Assembly (NCBI GenBank): GCA_031409655.1
Contig: JANNXQ010000274.1
Location: 1-50,929, forward strand
Reading direction: 5' to 3'
DNA from: Chthoniobacteraceae bacterium
GTDB taxonomy: Bacteria > Verrucomicrobiota > Verrucomicrobiia > Chthoniobacterales > Chthoniobacteraceae
DNA: 50,929 nt
The notes beneath the pieces were generated by a model. The model saw only the letters and a list, made by a program, of their open reading frames with translations. It was not told the DNA's origin and did no database searches. Below are positions 8,775 through 17,513 of the stretch, piece by piece. Positions within the stretch are counted from its first letter, which is position 1, and each line of letters opens with the position of its first letter. The position numbers and the translations under genes were made by a program.

Positions 8775-10814
8775 TTACCTCTCCGCTTTGTCGCACCACT
8801 CCCGCCACGCGGTCCGATAGATTTCTTCAATGGAACGGGCGAAGTGCGCCGCATCCATGAGCACCGATTTCTCCATCCGTGCGCGCAGGGTTTGCCGGAG
8901 CGCGGCCAGTCGCGGCAGATCCGCCGCCCACTCCGCGGCGCTGCGCACGAAGTCCACCGGGGACTGCGCGACGAGTGCTTCGAGGCCGAGATGCGTGAGC
9001 TGGCTGAGACCCGCGCGCGACACGGGCGTCGCCCCGCAGAGGCTCACGATCGGCACGCCCATCCACAGCGCTTCGAGGCTCGTCGTGTGTCCAGTGTAGG
9101 GGAAAGTGTCGAGCATCAGATCCACGCGATGATGCAGCCGCAGGAAGTCGCTGCGCCGGCAAGGCTCCACGAAATCCACGGCGGCGCCGAGCATCGAGGA
9201 GACGCGCTCGCGGTGACTTCCCGGCGGGCAGAGCAGGAGCAGCCGCGATTCTTTCACCGTCCCGAGTACCTGCGCCCACAACTCGAGAACGGCGTCGTTC
9301 ACTTTGCAGAAGTTATTCAGACACCCAAAGGTCACGTGCGACGCGGTGAGCGCGGGCAGTGGGTTCACCGCGAGCTTTTCGCCACACGGATCGTAGCACC
9401 AGAAGCTATCGATCAGCCGTGCCGTCTGCGGACCGCTGCTCCCATTAGGCGATTCGAGCCGCGCATCGCTGATGTGGTGGTTGATGGCTGCGATTCCGGA
9501 GCCTCCCGGATAGCCGGCGAAACTGAATTGAACAGGCGCGGGCTGGCGCGCGAACGTGGTCAGGCGGTTGTCTGCGGTGTGCAGGGCGAGATCGACGAGG
9601 ATGTCCACTTCGTCGGCGCGGATGCAGGCGCTCAACTCTTCATCCGACATCGCCGTCGTGTCGCGCCAGCGATCGGCGAGACTTTGGCAGCGCCCGGTCA
9701 GCGCGTCCGGCTTGGCGACGCCCGAGTAGCAGATCACCTCGAAACGCTCGCGATCGTGGTGCGTGAGCAAAGGCAGTACATTGCGTCCCACGGAATGCTC
9801 CCAAAGATCCGGCGACACGTAGCCCACTCGCAGTCGCCGATCCGCGGTGCGCGGATTGCGGTGCGGGAGGATCGTCTTCCGAAGGGGCTTCGCATGACGG
9901 GCATCCCAGTCGGCTTCGGCTTCGGCGATCGTGCGCGCATCGCTCTGCGGAGCGTACCGCAGATAGAGTACGAGGATGCTGCGGAGCGCGGCGTCCTCGG
10001 GTTCGAGGGCCACGGCTTGGCGGTAGCAGGCGATGGCGGCGGCGATCTGGCCCTGATCTTTCAAGGCATTGCCTAGATTGGTCAGGGCGCTGGTGTGCTT
10101 CGCGTCCCAGCGGAGAGCTTCCCGAAAGGCGGCCGCGGCGGCATCGAGGTGACCCAGGAGTTTCAGCGCATTGCCGAGATTAAAGTGGGCATCGGGAAAG
10201 TCGGGCCGGCCCTGGATTGCGGCCTGGTAGCACGTCGCGGCTTCCTCGGTCCGGTCCTGTTTGGCCAGCATGTTGCCGAGATTGTAGTGAGCTTCCGCGT
10301 AGTCCGGGCGGGCGCGGATTGCGCCGGAATAGGCGGCGATCGCTTCGTCGAGGCGGCCCAGGGCAGTGTGGATGTTTCCGGTATTGTAGAGTGCTTCGGC
10401 ATAGCCGAGCCGGTGCGCGAGCGCTGCGGCGAAGGCCTCCAGCGCGGCATTGTCCGCACCGAGCGCGAGGAGTGAGTTACCGAGATTGTAGTGCGCTTCC
10501 GGGAGATCGGGGGCGAGGCGGATGGCTTCGCGATAGGCGGCGATCGCGGCGGCATGGGCTCCGGTGGCCGCGAGCGCCGCGCCGAGATTTGCGTGGAAAC
10601 TGGGCACCTCCGGAGCCAGCGCGATGGCGCGCCGGATGAAATGGATCGCCTCTTCATGTCGCCCCGCCTGGTGCGTCAGGACTCCGAGAAAATGGGGCGC
10701 ATCGGCGACCTCCGGGCACTCCTCGATGATCCGGCGGTAGATCTCCTCCGCCTCGCCCAAGCGTCCGGCCTGATGATGCTGGAGCGCAATCTCCAGAGCC
10801 TCGTGAACCGTCAT
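8775..10814 (-). CDS. TPR protein with GT41 domain, copy 3
   Basis: TPRs, RVGYVSPDLWEHSV, FGCLNNFCKVN and LDTFPYTGHTTSLEALWMGVP motifs. Confidence 0.9.
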   Translation of the reverse strand: MTVHEALEIALQHHQAGRLGEAEEIYRRIIEECPEVADAPHFLGVLTHQAGRHEEAIHFIRRAIALAPEVPSFHANLGAALAATGAHAAAIAAYREAIRLAPDLPEAHYNLGNSLLALGADNAALEAFAAALAHRLGYAEALYNTGNIHTALGRLDEAIAAYSGAIRARPDYAEAHYNLGNMLAKQDRTEEAATCYQAAIQGRPDFPDAHFNLGNALKLLGHLDAAAAAFREALRWDAKHTSALTNLGNALKDQGQIAAAIACYRQAVALEPEDAALRSILVLYLRYAPQSDARTIAEAEADWDARHAKPLRKTILPHRNPRTADRRLRVGYVSPDLWEHSVGRNVLPLLTHHDRERFEVICYSGVAKPDALTGRCQSLADRWRDTTAMSDEELSACIRADEVDILVDLALHTADNRLTTFARQPAPVQFSFAGYPGGSGIAAINHHISDARLESPNGSSGPQTARLIDSFWCYDPCGEKLAVNPLPALTASHVTFGCLNNFCKVNDAVLELWAQVLGTVKESRLLLLCPPGSHRERVSSMLGAAVDFVEPCRRSDFLRLHHRVDLMLDTFPYTGHTTSLEALWMGVPIVSLCGATPVSRAGLSQLTHLGLEALVAQSPVDFVRSAAEWAADLPRLAALRQTLRARMEKSVLMDAAHFARSIEEIYRTAWREWCDKAER

Positions 10815-10828
10815 GGGGCTCGCGCAGC

Positions 10829-12109
10829 TTACATCTCCCGAGCCCACGCCGGACGCTGCTCCAGATGGTAGAGCATCTCGCCAGCCTTCGGCACGTAGAG
10901 GATGCCCTCCTCTTCGCGATCCGCGTAATCGGCAGGATGGATCGTCGCCGGGTCGCGGTAGCCGAGATTGATCTCCCGGCAGATCGCCTCCGGGATGCCC
11001 GTCGCGAGAGTCACCTGCACGCGACATTTCTCCACGCCGTCGGCAAAGGTCCCGATGCCGCGCACATGGGTGCTGTGGGCAAGGGTGCCCCAGGGCAGGT
11101 CTTTGAATTGGTCCCATTGCTTGCGGAAATACTCCACGCAGTGGTAACCGACCTGCCGGATGTGTTCGCCGTGGGTGACGCTGATCTCGTGGATGTGCGG
11201 CGCGTAGATGATGAGTTCGCCACCATCGGCGACGACGGGCTCGAGTTTGTACATGCACTTTCCGCCCACCCAGAGTTCGTCATACATCTTCGGCGCGCAG
11301 CTCAGCACGGTGTGAAAGGGGCGCGGCTTGTAAGTGATGTGCAGGCGCTTGGAAAGTTCGCTCGCCTGATCCCACGCGCCTTCCGGCGAACCGACGAAGA
11401 GCCCGGCAAGCTGCGCGTGATCGACCACCATGCAGAGACAGAGCTTCGGCACTTTGACCATGGCGCCGATGTGGTCAACGACCTTGCGCACTGGCGTCCA
11501 CTTGTTGCCGATGATCATCGGATTTGTGACGACCGCGCCGAGCCAGTGGAAAAAATTCAGCACCTCGGGGCCGCTCACGCCGGGGAAGAGATATTTGTTT
11601 CCGCCCGAGAAGCCCACGACCTCATGCGGGAAGACGGGGCCGATGATGATGATCTGGTCGTAGTCGAAAAGCCGCGCGTTCACGTTCACCGGCACTTCCA
11701 TTTCAAAAAGGCCGCCGGTCAGGGCGCGGGTCTCGGCGGTGGAAAGGTGACCGATTTTGCGCAGGGCAGCGGGATTGTCCCACTCGTGATTGAAGAAGCG
11801 GACGCTGCCGAATTTTGCACGGCGCTCAGCGAGCGAGATCTCGAGCCGCTCGCAGATCGCCTCCTCGCTCATCGGCTGATGGGTGCCGAGGGCGATCATC
11901 ACGTCGAAGGCTTTTGTCGCCGCGCCGATGCGATCGAAGAGGCCCGCGAAGACCATGCCGAGCGGGCACGTCCGCGTGGCGTCTGGAACGATGACGAGCA
12001 CTTTGCGATCGCGGTAGTCCTTGGGCGGACAAGCCTCGGCGATCAGCGTGCGGACTTGCTCGGAGGTAAGGTATTCGCCGGCGGTAGCGGTGTGGGAGAG
12101 CGTGCTCAT
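10829..12109 (-). CDS. LarA-family (nickel-pincer) racemase/epimerase homologue
   Basis: VPDATR, ALGTH and PHEVVGFSGGNK motifs typical of LarA/DUF2088. Confidence 0.85.
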   Translation of the reverse strand: MSTLSHTATAGEYLTSEQVRTLIAEACPPKDYRDRKVLVIVPDATRTCPLGMVFAGLFDRIGAATKAFDVMIALGTHQPMSEEAICERLEISLAERRAKFGSVRFFNHEWDNPAALRKIGHLSTAETRALTGGLFEMEVPVNVNARLFDYDQIIIIGPVFPHEVVGFSGGNKYLFPGVSGPEVLNFFHWLGAVVTNPMIIGNKWTPVRKVVDHIGAMVKVPKLCLCMVVDHAQLAGLFVGSPEGAWDQASELSKRLHITYKPRPFHTVLSCAPKMYDELWVGGKCMYKLEPVVADGGELIIYAPHIHEISVTHGEHIRQVGYHCVEYFRKQWDQFKDLPWGTLAHSTHVRGIGTFADGVEKCRVQVTLATGIPEAICREINLGYRDPATIHPADYADREEEGILYVPKAGEMLYHLEQRPAWAREM

Positions 12110-12192
12110 GGAATCGGGAGAGGGAAGATGTCGCCTGGAATCTTCGCACCAATCCGGAGCATTGTGCGAGTGCTTCGTGCTTCCGTCGCCGA

Positions 12193-13263
12193 CTACTTCT
12201 TCGGCTTGGCGGTCGCTCGGAGATCTTTCATGCAGTCAGGATCGGCGGGCACTGGCTGGCCGGTCTGCTCCACGGGCGAGGTGTAAAGATAGCGCCAGAC
12301 GGCTTCGTGCAGGAGCTGACCCGAGGCGTCTTTCGCGGACGCACTTCCGGGAGTCACGGAGCTGTGCGCGCGTTTGGCATCGCCTTTCACATCGGCGTCG
12401 GTGATCAGCCGACGCGAGTTTCCGTAGGGAGGTGAGGAGCGATCGACATTCACGATGGGGCCGAACTGATGGAGTCCGAGCAATTCCCACGAGCGGCAGT
12501 AGTGATTGCCGCTCCAGCCGGTATCGAGCACATGGCTGAAGCCGAAGAAGCGATTTGCGGGAGTGGCCGAGGGCAAACCTTGCCAGGTTTCATATTGATC
12601 GCGCGGGCCGCAGAGCATGACGACGCGATCGACCTTCTGGTGTTTGGCGAAGCGCGCGGCGGTGGTGGAGCCGTGCGAGCTGCCGGAGATGACGACGCGA
12701 TCCCAGCGCAGGCCCTGGCCATCGGCGGTTAGAAAGTAATCCCAGCGGCCTTGCGGGTTCTCCTTCGCGAGCCACTTCACAAACACCAGCGCGCGCTCCA
12801 TCATGCCGTCGGGTTTTGGAATCTCGACGACGTTGCTGAAGTCTTCTCCCGTGGCGGCTTCGAGCCGGATCTTGCCGAGGAACTTGTCGTCCGCCGGCGG
12901 CGGCTCCTGGCCGAACTTGCCGAACCAGCCATTGGCGTAGTGGACGCGAATGGCATGCAACCCGTAACTATTCACGCGCTCGAACAAGCCGGCGTTGTGG
13001 CCCATGAGCCAGATCACCAATTTACCCTGTGGAGCGACCCGCGTATCCACCGAAGCATTCTCCACGTCGGCCGGCTTGCCGCCTTTTTCAAAAACGAAGT
13101 CGATCTCCGGATGGGCGCGAGCGCGCGCATCTATCTGACTGGCGCGGGCGGTGAGTTCGTAGCGCTGAGGGCTCGCGTCTTTGAAGGTGAGCGGCGCGTC
13201 TGCCGCGCGGAGGGTGATGGCAGAAAGCGCAACGAGCGGCGCGAGGCCGTGGCGGACTTTCAT
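12193..13263 (-). CDS. Secreted protein, probable alpha/beta-hydrolase-like
   Basis: Signal peptide; GSSHG nucleophile-elbow-like motif; start ATG 13263 just after the upstream stop. Confidence 0.65.
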   Translation of the reverse strand: MKVRHGLAPLVALSAITLRAADAPLTFKDASPQRYELTARASQIDARARAHPEIDFVFEKGGKPADVENASVDTRVAPQGKLVIWLMGHNAGLFERVNSYGLHAIRVHYANGWFGKFGQEPPPADDKFLGKIRLEAATGEDFSNVVEIPKPDGMMERALVFVKWLAKENPQGRWDYFLTADGQGLRWDRVVISGSSHGSTTAARFAKHQKVDRVVMLCGPRDQYETWQGLPSATPANRFFGFSHVLDTGWSGNHYCRSWELLGLHQFGPIVNVDRSSPPYGNSRRLITDADVKGDAKRAHSSVTPGSASAKDASGQLLHEAVWRYLYTSPVEQTGQPVPADPDCMKDLRATAKPKK

Positions 13264-13265
13264 CC

Positions 13266-14267
13266 CTATTTTGCGGATGCGGCTTTCAGTTTCTCGATGA
13301 GGTATTCCTGCACCTGGGGATGCTTCACCTCGGGCGCTCCGGGATAGACGAGTTCGCAAGGAACGCCCGAGGTCTTAAGATGCTCCTGAAGTTTGACTCC
13401 GAAGTTTGCGGTGTGCGTCGGGTCTTTCTGATCCTGGCCGAGCGCGGGCGCCGCGGAGTAGATCATGTAGATCGGTGGATCATCGCTGCTCACGTGTTCA
13501 TAAGGGGAGTACTCCTTGATCCACGGGAGGATCTGCTCGCGGCCCGCGAGGAACTGCGCGAACTGCGTGTCGCGCGTCTTGGTGTCCGAAGGGTCTGGCA
13601 TGAAGCCAAAGGCATGTCCGCCATAGCGGCTGTTTGGCGTCCATTCTTTCATTTGCTGCGGATCGAGCGTCGTCTGCGCGCCGATCACGGCGGCGCACCA
13701 GAGCCGGGTGGATTCGTGCGCGATCGGATCGGCGCTCTTCGGGTCGGCCATGTCGTTGTGAAAGGCGAGCCAAAGACTCGAACACGCGCCAGCGGAACCC
13801 CCCGACGCGCCGATGCGTGCCTTGTCGATATTCCACTCGCTGGCTTTGCTCCGGACAAATTGCAGCGCCCGCGCGGCATCGTTGAGCGGCCACTGCACCG
13901 GCGGCTTGACGCCTGCGGCATGGGCCTGGGTGTTGTAGCGGTAGTTGATCGAGACGACGGAGATACCGGCCTGCAAATACTGGTCGAGGCTGGCCACGCG
14001 CGCTTTGTCACCTCCCACCCAGCCGCCGCCATGGATGAAGAAAAGGAGCGGTGTCGGCTTGGCAGACTCAGCTTTGTAGAAGTCGAGCACCTGGCGCTCG
14101 TGCGCCCCGTAGGGCACGTTTGCCATTGTGGGTTTGGTCTGTGGTGGCGCGGGTTTCTTGACGGGAGTTGCCGCCGGCGCCGCGGGCGGAGGGGCAGGGG
14201 CGTCGGCGGCGTGTGCCGAGAGACAAACGAAGCTGAGCGCAGTGAGTAGGTGGGGGAGTCGTTTCAT
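13266..14267 (-). CDS. Secreted alpha/beta hydrolase (esterase/lipase, HSL-like)
   Basis: Signal peptide, IHGGGW oxyanion motif, GGSAG nucleophile. Confidence 0.88.
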   Translation of the reverse strand: MKRLPHLLTALSFVCLSAHAADAPAPPPAAPAATPVKKPAPPQTKPTMANVPYGAHERQVLDFYKAESAKPTPLLFFIHGGGWVGGDKARVASLDQYLQAGISVVSINYRYNTQAHAAGVKPPVQWPLNDAARALQFVRSKASEWNIDKARIGASGGSAGACSSLWLAFHNDMADPKSADPIAHESTRLWCAAVIGAQTTLDPQQMKEWTPNSRYGGHAFGFMPDPSDTKTRDTQFAQFLAGREQILPWIKEYSPYEHVSSDDPPIYMIYSAAPALGQDQKDPTHTANFGVKLQEHLKTSGVPCELVYPGAPEVKHPQVQEYLIEKLKAASAK

Positions 14268-14401
14268 GAAGGATGGGGCTGATGGAAACCGCTCGCGGCA
14301 AGCGCGAACGGCGGAGCGTCAACCCCTCACCCCGCCGCTCCGTATAAACTTTCCGCGATCCCGTGAACTTCGTCGCCGACGGCTTTCCCGGATGGTCGCA
14401 G

Positions 14402-15463
14402 TCAGGCGAGTCCCAGCAGCTCGCGCTGCCACGTCATCATCCGGGCGACGGTCTCGTCGCGATTAGCGGCGAGATTCTCGAGCGTATTTTTTGGGGCGAT
14501 GAGCGAAGGATCGAGGTTCAACTTCAAGGCGATGGCGTCGCGCTTGGATTTGTACTCGCGGCAAACGGCCTCCTCCTCGCGAGTTGCGCGCGGGCGGGGA
14601 TTGCGGACAAATTGCGGCCACTCGTGCTCGGGCAGGGCCAGCGCGCGTTCGGCCGCTTCGAAAAAGCGGACGCGCCGGGTGCCCTTCAGATGATCGATGC
14701 CCACCTCCTGCCCACGCTCGAAGCGCGCGGCGGCTTCAAGCAGCTTTTCATTGTGCAAAATGTGAAAGCTCGGGCGGTCCGAGGCTTGGGCTTCGGCGTC
14801 CCGCCACTGCCAGAGCGCGCGCAGAATGGCCGCGCCGCGCCCACGAAAATCTTTACTACCGGTGATCCGCCAGGACTGTTCGGGGTCGCGATCCTTCGTG
14901 ATCGTGGAGGCCACGATCGCCCGCTCACATGATTGTTGGAACCACGGGAGGCGATCGAGTTTCACCAACTCCGCTTCAAGAAACGCAGCAATCTCGAGGA
15001 GGTGGTGCGTGTCCATGATCGCGTAATCGATCATCTGCGGCGAAAGCGGGCGGCGCGCCCAGTTCGCTTTCTGCGAGGCTTTGGTGACTTCGAGGTTGAA
15101 GTAACGCTTGAGCAGCGCCGCCAGGCTGAACTCGGTGATGCCGCAAAGCCGCGCGGCGATCATGGTATCGAAGACACTCGAAGGACCCGCGAAGCCCACC
15201 CGGCGAAGCAAGCGCAGATCGTAGTCCGCACCCTGGATGACGAGCTCTTTTCCCGCGAGCGCGGCGAAGAGGGGATCGAGAGAAAAGCCCGCCAGTGGGT
15301 CGATCAGGAGATCATGTCCGGGGACGCTGATCTGGATGAGGCAGAGCTTTTCAAAGTAGCAGTGCAGGCTGTCGGCCTCGGTATCGATGGCGATGCGCGG
15401 GTGCGACTCCAGCGCTGGGAGAACGGCCGCGAGAGCCGGGGCGGATTCGAGGAGAGGTTGCAT
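14402..15463 (-). CDS. rnd: Ribonuclease D (3'-5' exonuclease with HRDC domain)
   Basis: IAIDTEADSLH, LCLIQIS, FDTMIAA, NWARRPL, YAIMD and an HRDC-like LWQWRD..A...DRP motif. Confidence 0.9.
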   Translation of the reverse strand: MQPLLESAPALAAVLPALESHPRIAIDTEADSLHCYFEKLCLIQISVPGHDLLIDPLAGFSLDPLFAALAGKELVIQGADYDLRLLRRVGFAGPSSVFDTMIAARLCGITEFSLAALLKRYFNLEVTKASQKANWARRPLSPQMIDYAIMDTHHLLEIAAFLEAELVKLDRLPWFQQSCERAIVASTITKDRDPEQSWRITGSKDFRGRGAAILRALWQWRDAEAQASDRPSFHILHNEKLLEAAARFERGQEVGIDHLKGTRRVRFFEAAERALALPEHEWPQFVRNPRPRATREEEAVCREYKSKRDAIALKLNLDPSLIAPKNTLENLAANRDETVARMMTWQRELLGLA

Positions 15464-16809
15464 CAACCCCGGAGCCCCGTGAGCAGCAGTTCGGTGTTCG
15501 ACTTGGTGGCCTTGAGGGCGTGGATCAGGACTTCCGTGGCCTCCAGCGCTGGCAACGCGGCGAGTTGGCGACGGATCACTGAGACTTTCTCAAATTCCTG
15601 CGGATGATAGAGCAGGTCATCGCGGCGGGTGCCCGATTTCAGGAAATTGATCGCCGGGAAGACCCGCTTGTCGCTCAGCGCGCGGTCGAGCTGGACCTCC
15701 ATATTTCCGCTGCCCTTGTATTCCTCGAAAATGAGGTCGTCCATGCGGCTATTCGTCTCGATGAGCGCGGTGGCCAGGATGGTCAGGCTGCCGCCTTCTT
15801 CCGTGTTGCGCGCGGCACCGAAGAACTTCTTCGGTTTGACGAGCGCCTTGGAATCGACGCCGCCCGACATGGTGCGCCCGCGATTGCCCTGGAGGTTATT
15901 GTAGCCGCGGGAGAGTCGCGTGATCGAGTCGAGCAGGATGACCACGTGCCGGTGGATCTCCACGAGACGTTTGGCGCGCTCGCCGACGAGTTCGGCGACG
16001 GCGGTGTGGCGTTGCGGACCTTCGTCAAAGGTGGAGCTGTAAATCTCGCAGTTCACGGAACGCTTAAAGTCGGTGACCTCCTCCGGGCGCTCATCGACGA
16101 GCAGCAGGATGAGATGCGTTTCCGGCGAACTCTGCAAGATGGCTTGAGCGATGTCCTTGAGGAGGATCGTCTTGCCGGTGCGCGGTGGCGCGACGATGAG
16201 CCCGCGCTGCCCGCGACCGAGCGGGGCGATCAGGTCGATCGCCCGTCCGCTGATCGAGTAGCTCTTCGGATTTTCGAGGACGATGCGCTCACGAGGATGC
16301 GTGGCCGTGAGCAACTCAAACTCCTTGGTCTCCTTCCATTCCGCGACGGGGATGCCTTCGATGGAGACGACTTCCTCGATCGCCATGAATTTTTCGCGGT
16401 CGCGCGGCGGACGAATGCGCGCGCTGAGGCGATTGCCCGCGCGCAACCCAAACTGCCGTTCGACCTGCACGGGCACAAAGATGTCCTGCGGAAGTGAGCG
16501 GAAGCTGTAGCGCGGCCAGCGCAGGAAACCGCCACCTTGCGGACTGGGCTCGAGAATTCCATCCGCGAAAAGCTCCGTGCCGAGAGCGGCATATGCCCGG
16601 AGAAGATCGAAAACAATATGGTGCCGCGTCTTGTCGGCGTTTGGCCGGAGTTGGACGGTGGCGGCGCGGGCGAGCAGTTCGTTGAGCGGAGCGGCATTGA
16701 GTTCATCCACCCAGAGCTGCTTCGGGGTCTCGTAAGTTTGCGGGGTGGAGTCGTCGTCGAGGTCGTCGGCAGTGGCGATATTCGCGGCGCGTTTTTCAGT
16801 TTCTTCCAT
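15463..16809 (-). CDS. rho: Transcription termination factor Rho (divergent, probable second paralogue)
   Basis: PLGRGQRGLIVAPPRTGKT, LVDERPEEVTD, LLDSITRL, FFGAARN and KGSGNME motifs. Confidence 0.93.
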   Translation of the reverse strand: MEETEKRAANIATADDLDDDSTPQTYETPKQLWVDELNAAPLNELLARAATVQLRPNADKTRHHIVFDLLRAYAALGTELFADGILEPSPQGGGFLRWPRYSFRSLPQDIFVPVQVERQFGLRAGNRLSARIRPPRDREKFMAIEEVVSIEGIPVAEWKETKEFELLTATHPRERIVLENPKSYSISGRAIDLIAPLGRGQRGLIVAPPRTGKTILLKDIAQAILQSSPETHLILLLVDERPEEVTDFKRSVNCEIYSSTFDEGPQRHTAVAELVGERAKRLVEIHRHVVILLDSITRLSRGYNNLQGNRGRTMSGGVDSKALVKPKKFFGAARNTEEGGSLTILATALIETNSRMDDLIFEEYKGSGNMEVQLDRALSDKRVFPAINFLKSGTRRDDLLYHPQEFEKVSVIRRQLAALPALEATEVLIHALKATKSNTELLLTGLRG

Positions 16810-17404
16810 AAAATTTGCGGAGCCATCCAGCGAGCAACGCGGCCTGGTTTTCGAGGCAGGCGTCGGTGGAATCGTTCCAGATGAGGTGATCGGCTTTCGT
16901 GATTTTGAGATTGAGATCGAGCTGGGCGGAGATCATGCGATCGGCCATGCCAGCGTCGAGGCCCCGAAGGTCTTGGAGCCGGCGGCGCTGCGTGCTTGGT
17001 GAGCAGGCGACGACGATGGTCCGGTCAAAGTTTGCTTCAACGCCCGTTTCATAGAGAAGCGGAATATCAATGCAAAGCCAACCGCCGGTGCGGACTGTCT
17101 GCTCCGCGAGCGCGAGCCATCGGGAACGGATGACTGGATGGAGTATGTCTTCGAGTCGCTTGCGTTGCAACTCATCGGAGAAAACAATTTCACGGAGCCG
17201 AGCCCGGTCGGGTTTCCCTCCCGCATCCAAGACGCCGGCACCGAAGGCCTCGCGAATGGCGTCATGCGTCGCTTCATCGTCGGCCAGCAACTCATGCGCA
17301 GCCCGATCCGCGTCGAACACCTGAGCCGGGATCTGACCGATCAGTGCCCGAACGAAGGTCGATTTGCCCGTCGCAATCCCACCAGTGACGCCGAGAACAG
17401 GCAC
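16796..17404 (-). CDS. coaE: Dephospho-CoA kinase
   Basis: GVTGGIATGKST, DAD, ILHP and DIPLLYE motifs. Confidence 0.95.
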   Translation of the reverse strand: MPVLGVTGGIATGKSTFVRALIGQIPAQVFDADRAAHELLADDEATHDAIREAFGAGVLDAGGKPDRARLREIVFSDELQRKRLEDILHPVIRSRWLALAEQTVRTGGWLCIDIPLLYETGVEANFDRTIVVACSPSTQRRRLQDLRGLDAGMADRMISAQLDLNLKITKADHLIWNDSTDACLENQAALLAGWLRKFYGRN

Positions 17405-17513
17405 GGCAAGGGTGTCTCAGCGAGAGAGACCGATCGAACACCACCAAACGACTGCCCCAAATTTTTCCAATTCGGGTTCTCCATCGGGAGCGTCGTTCAG
17501 CATCGGCGCGTCC

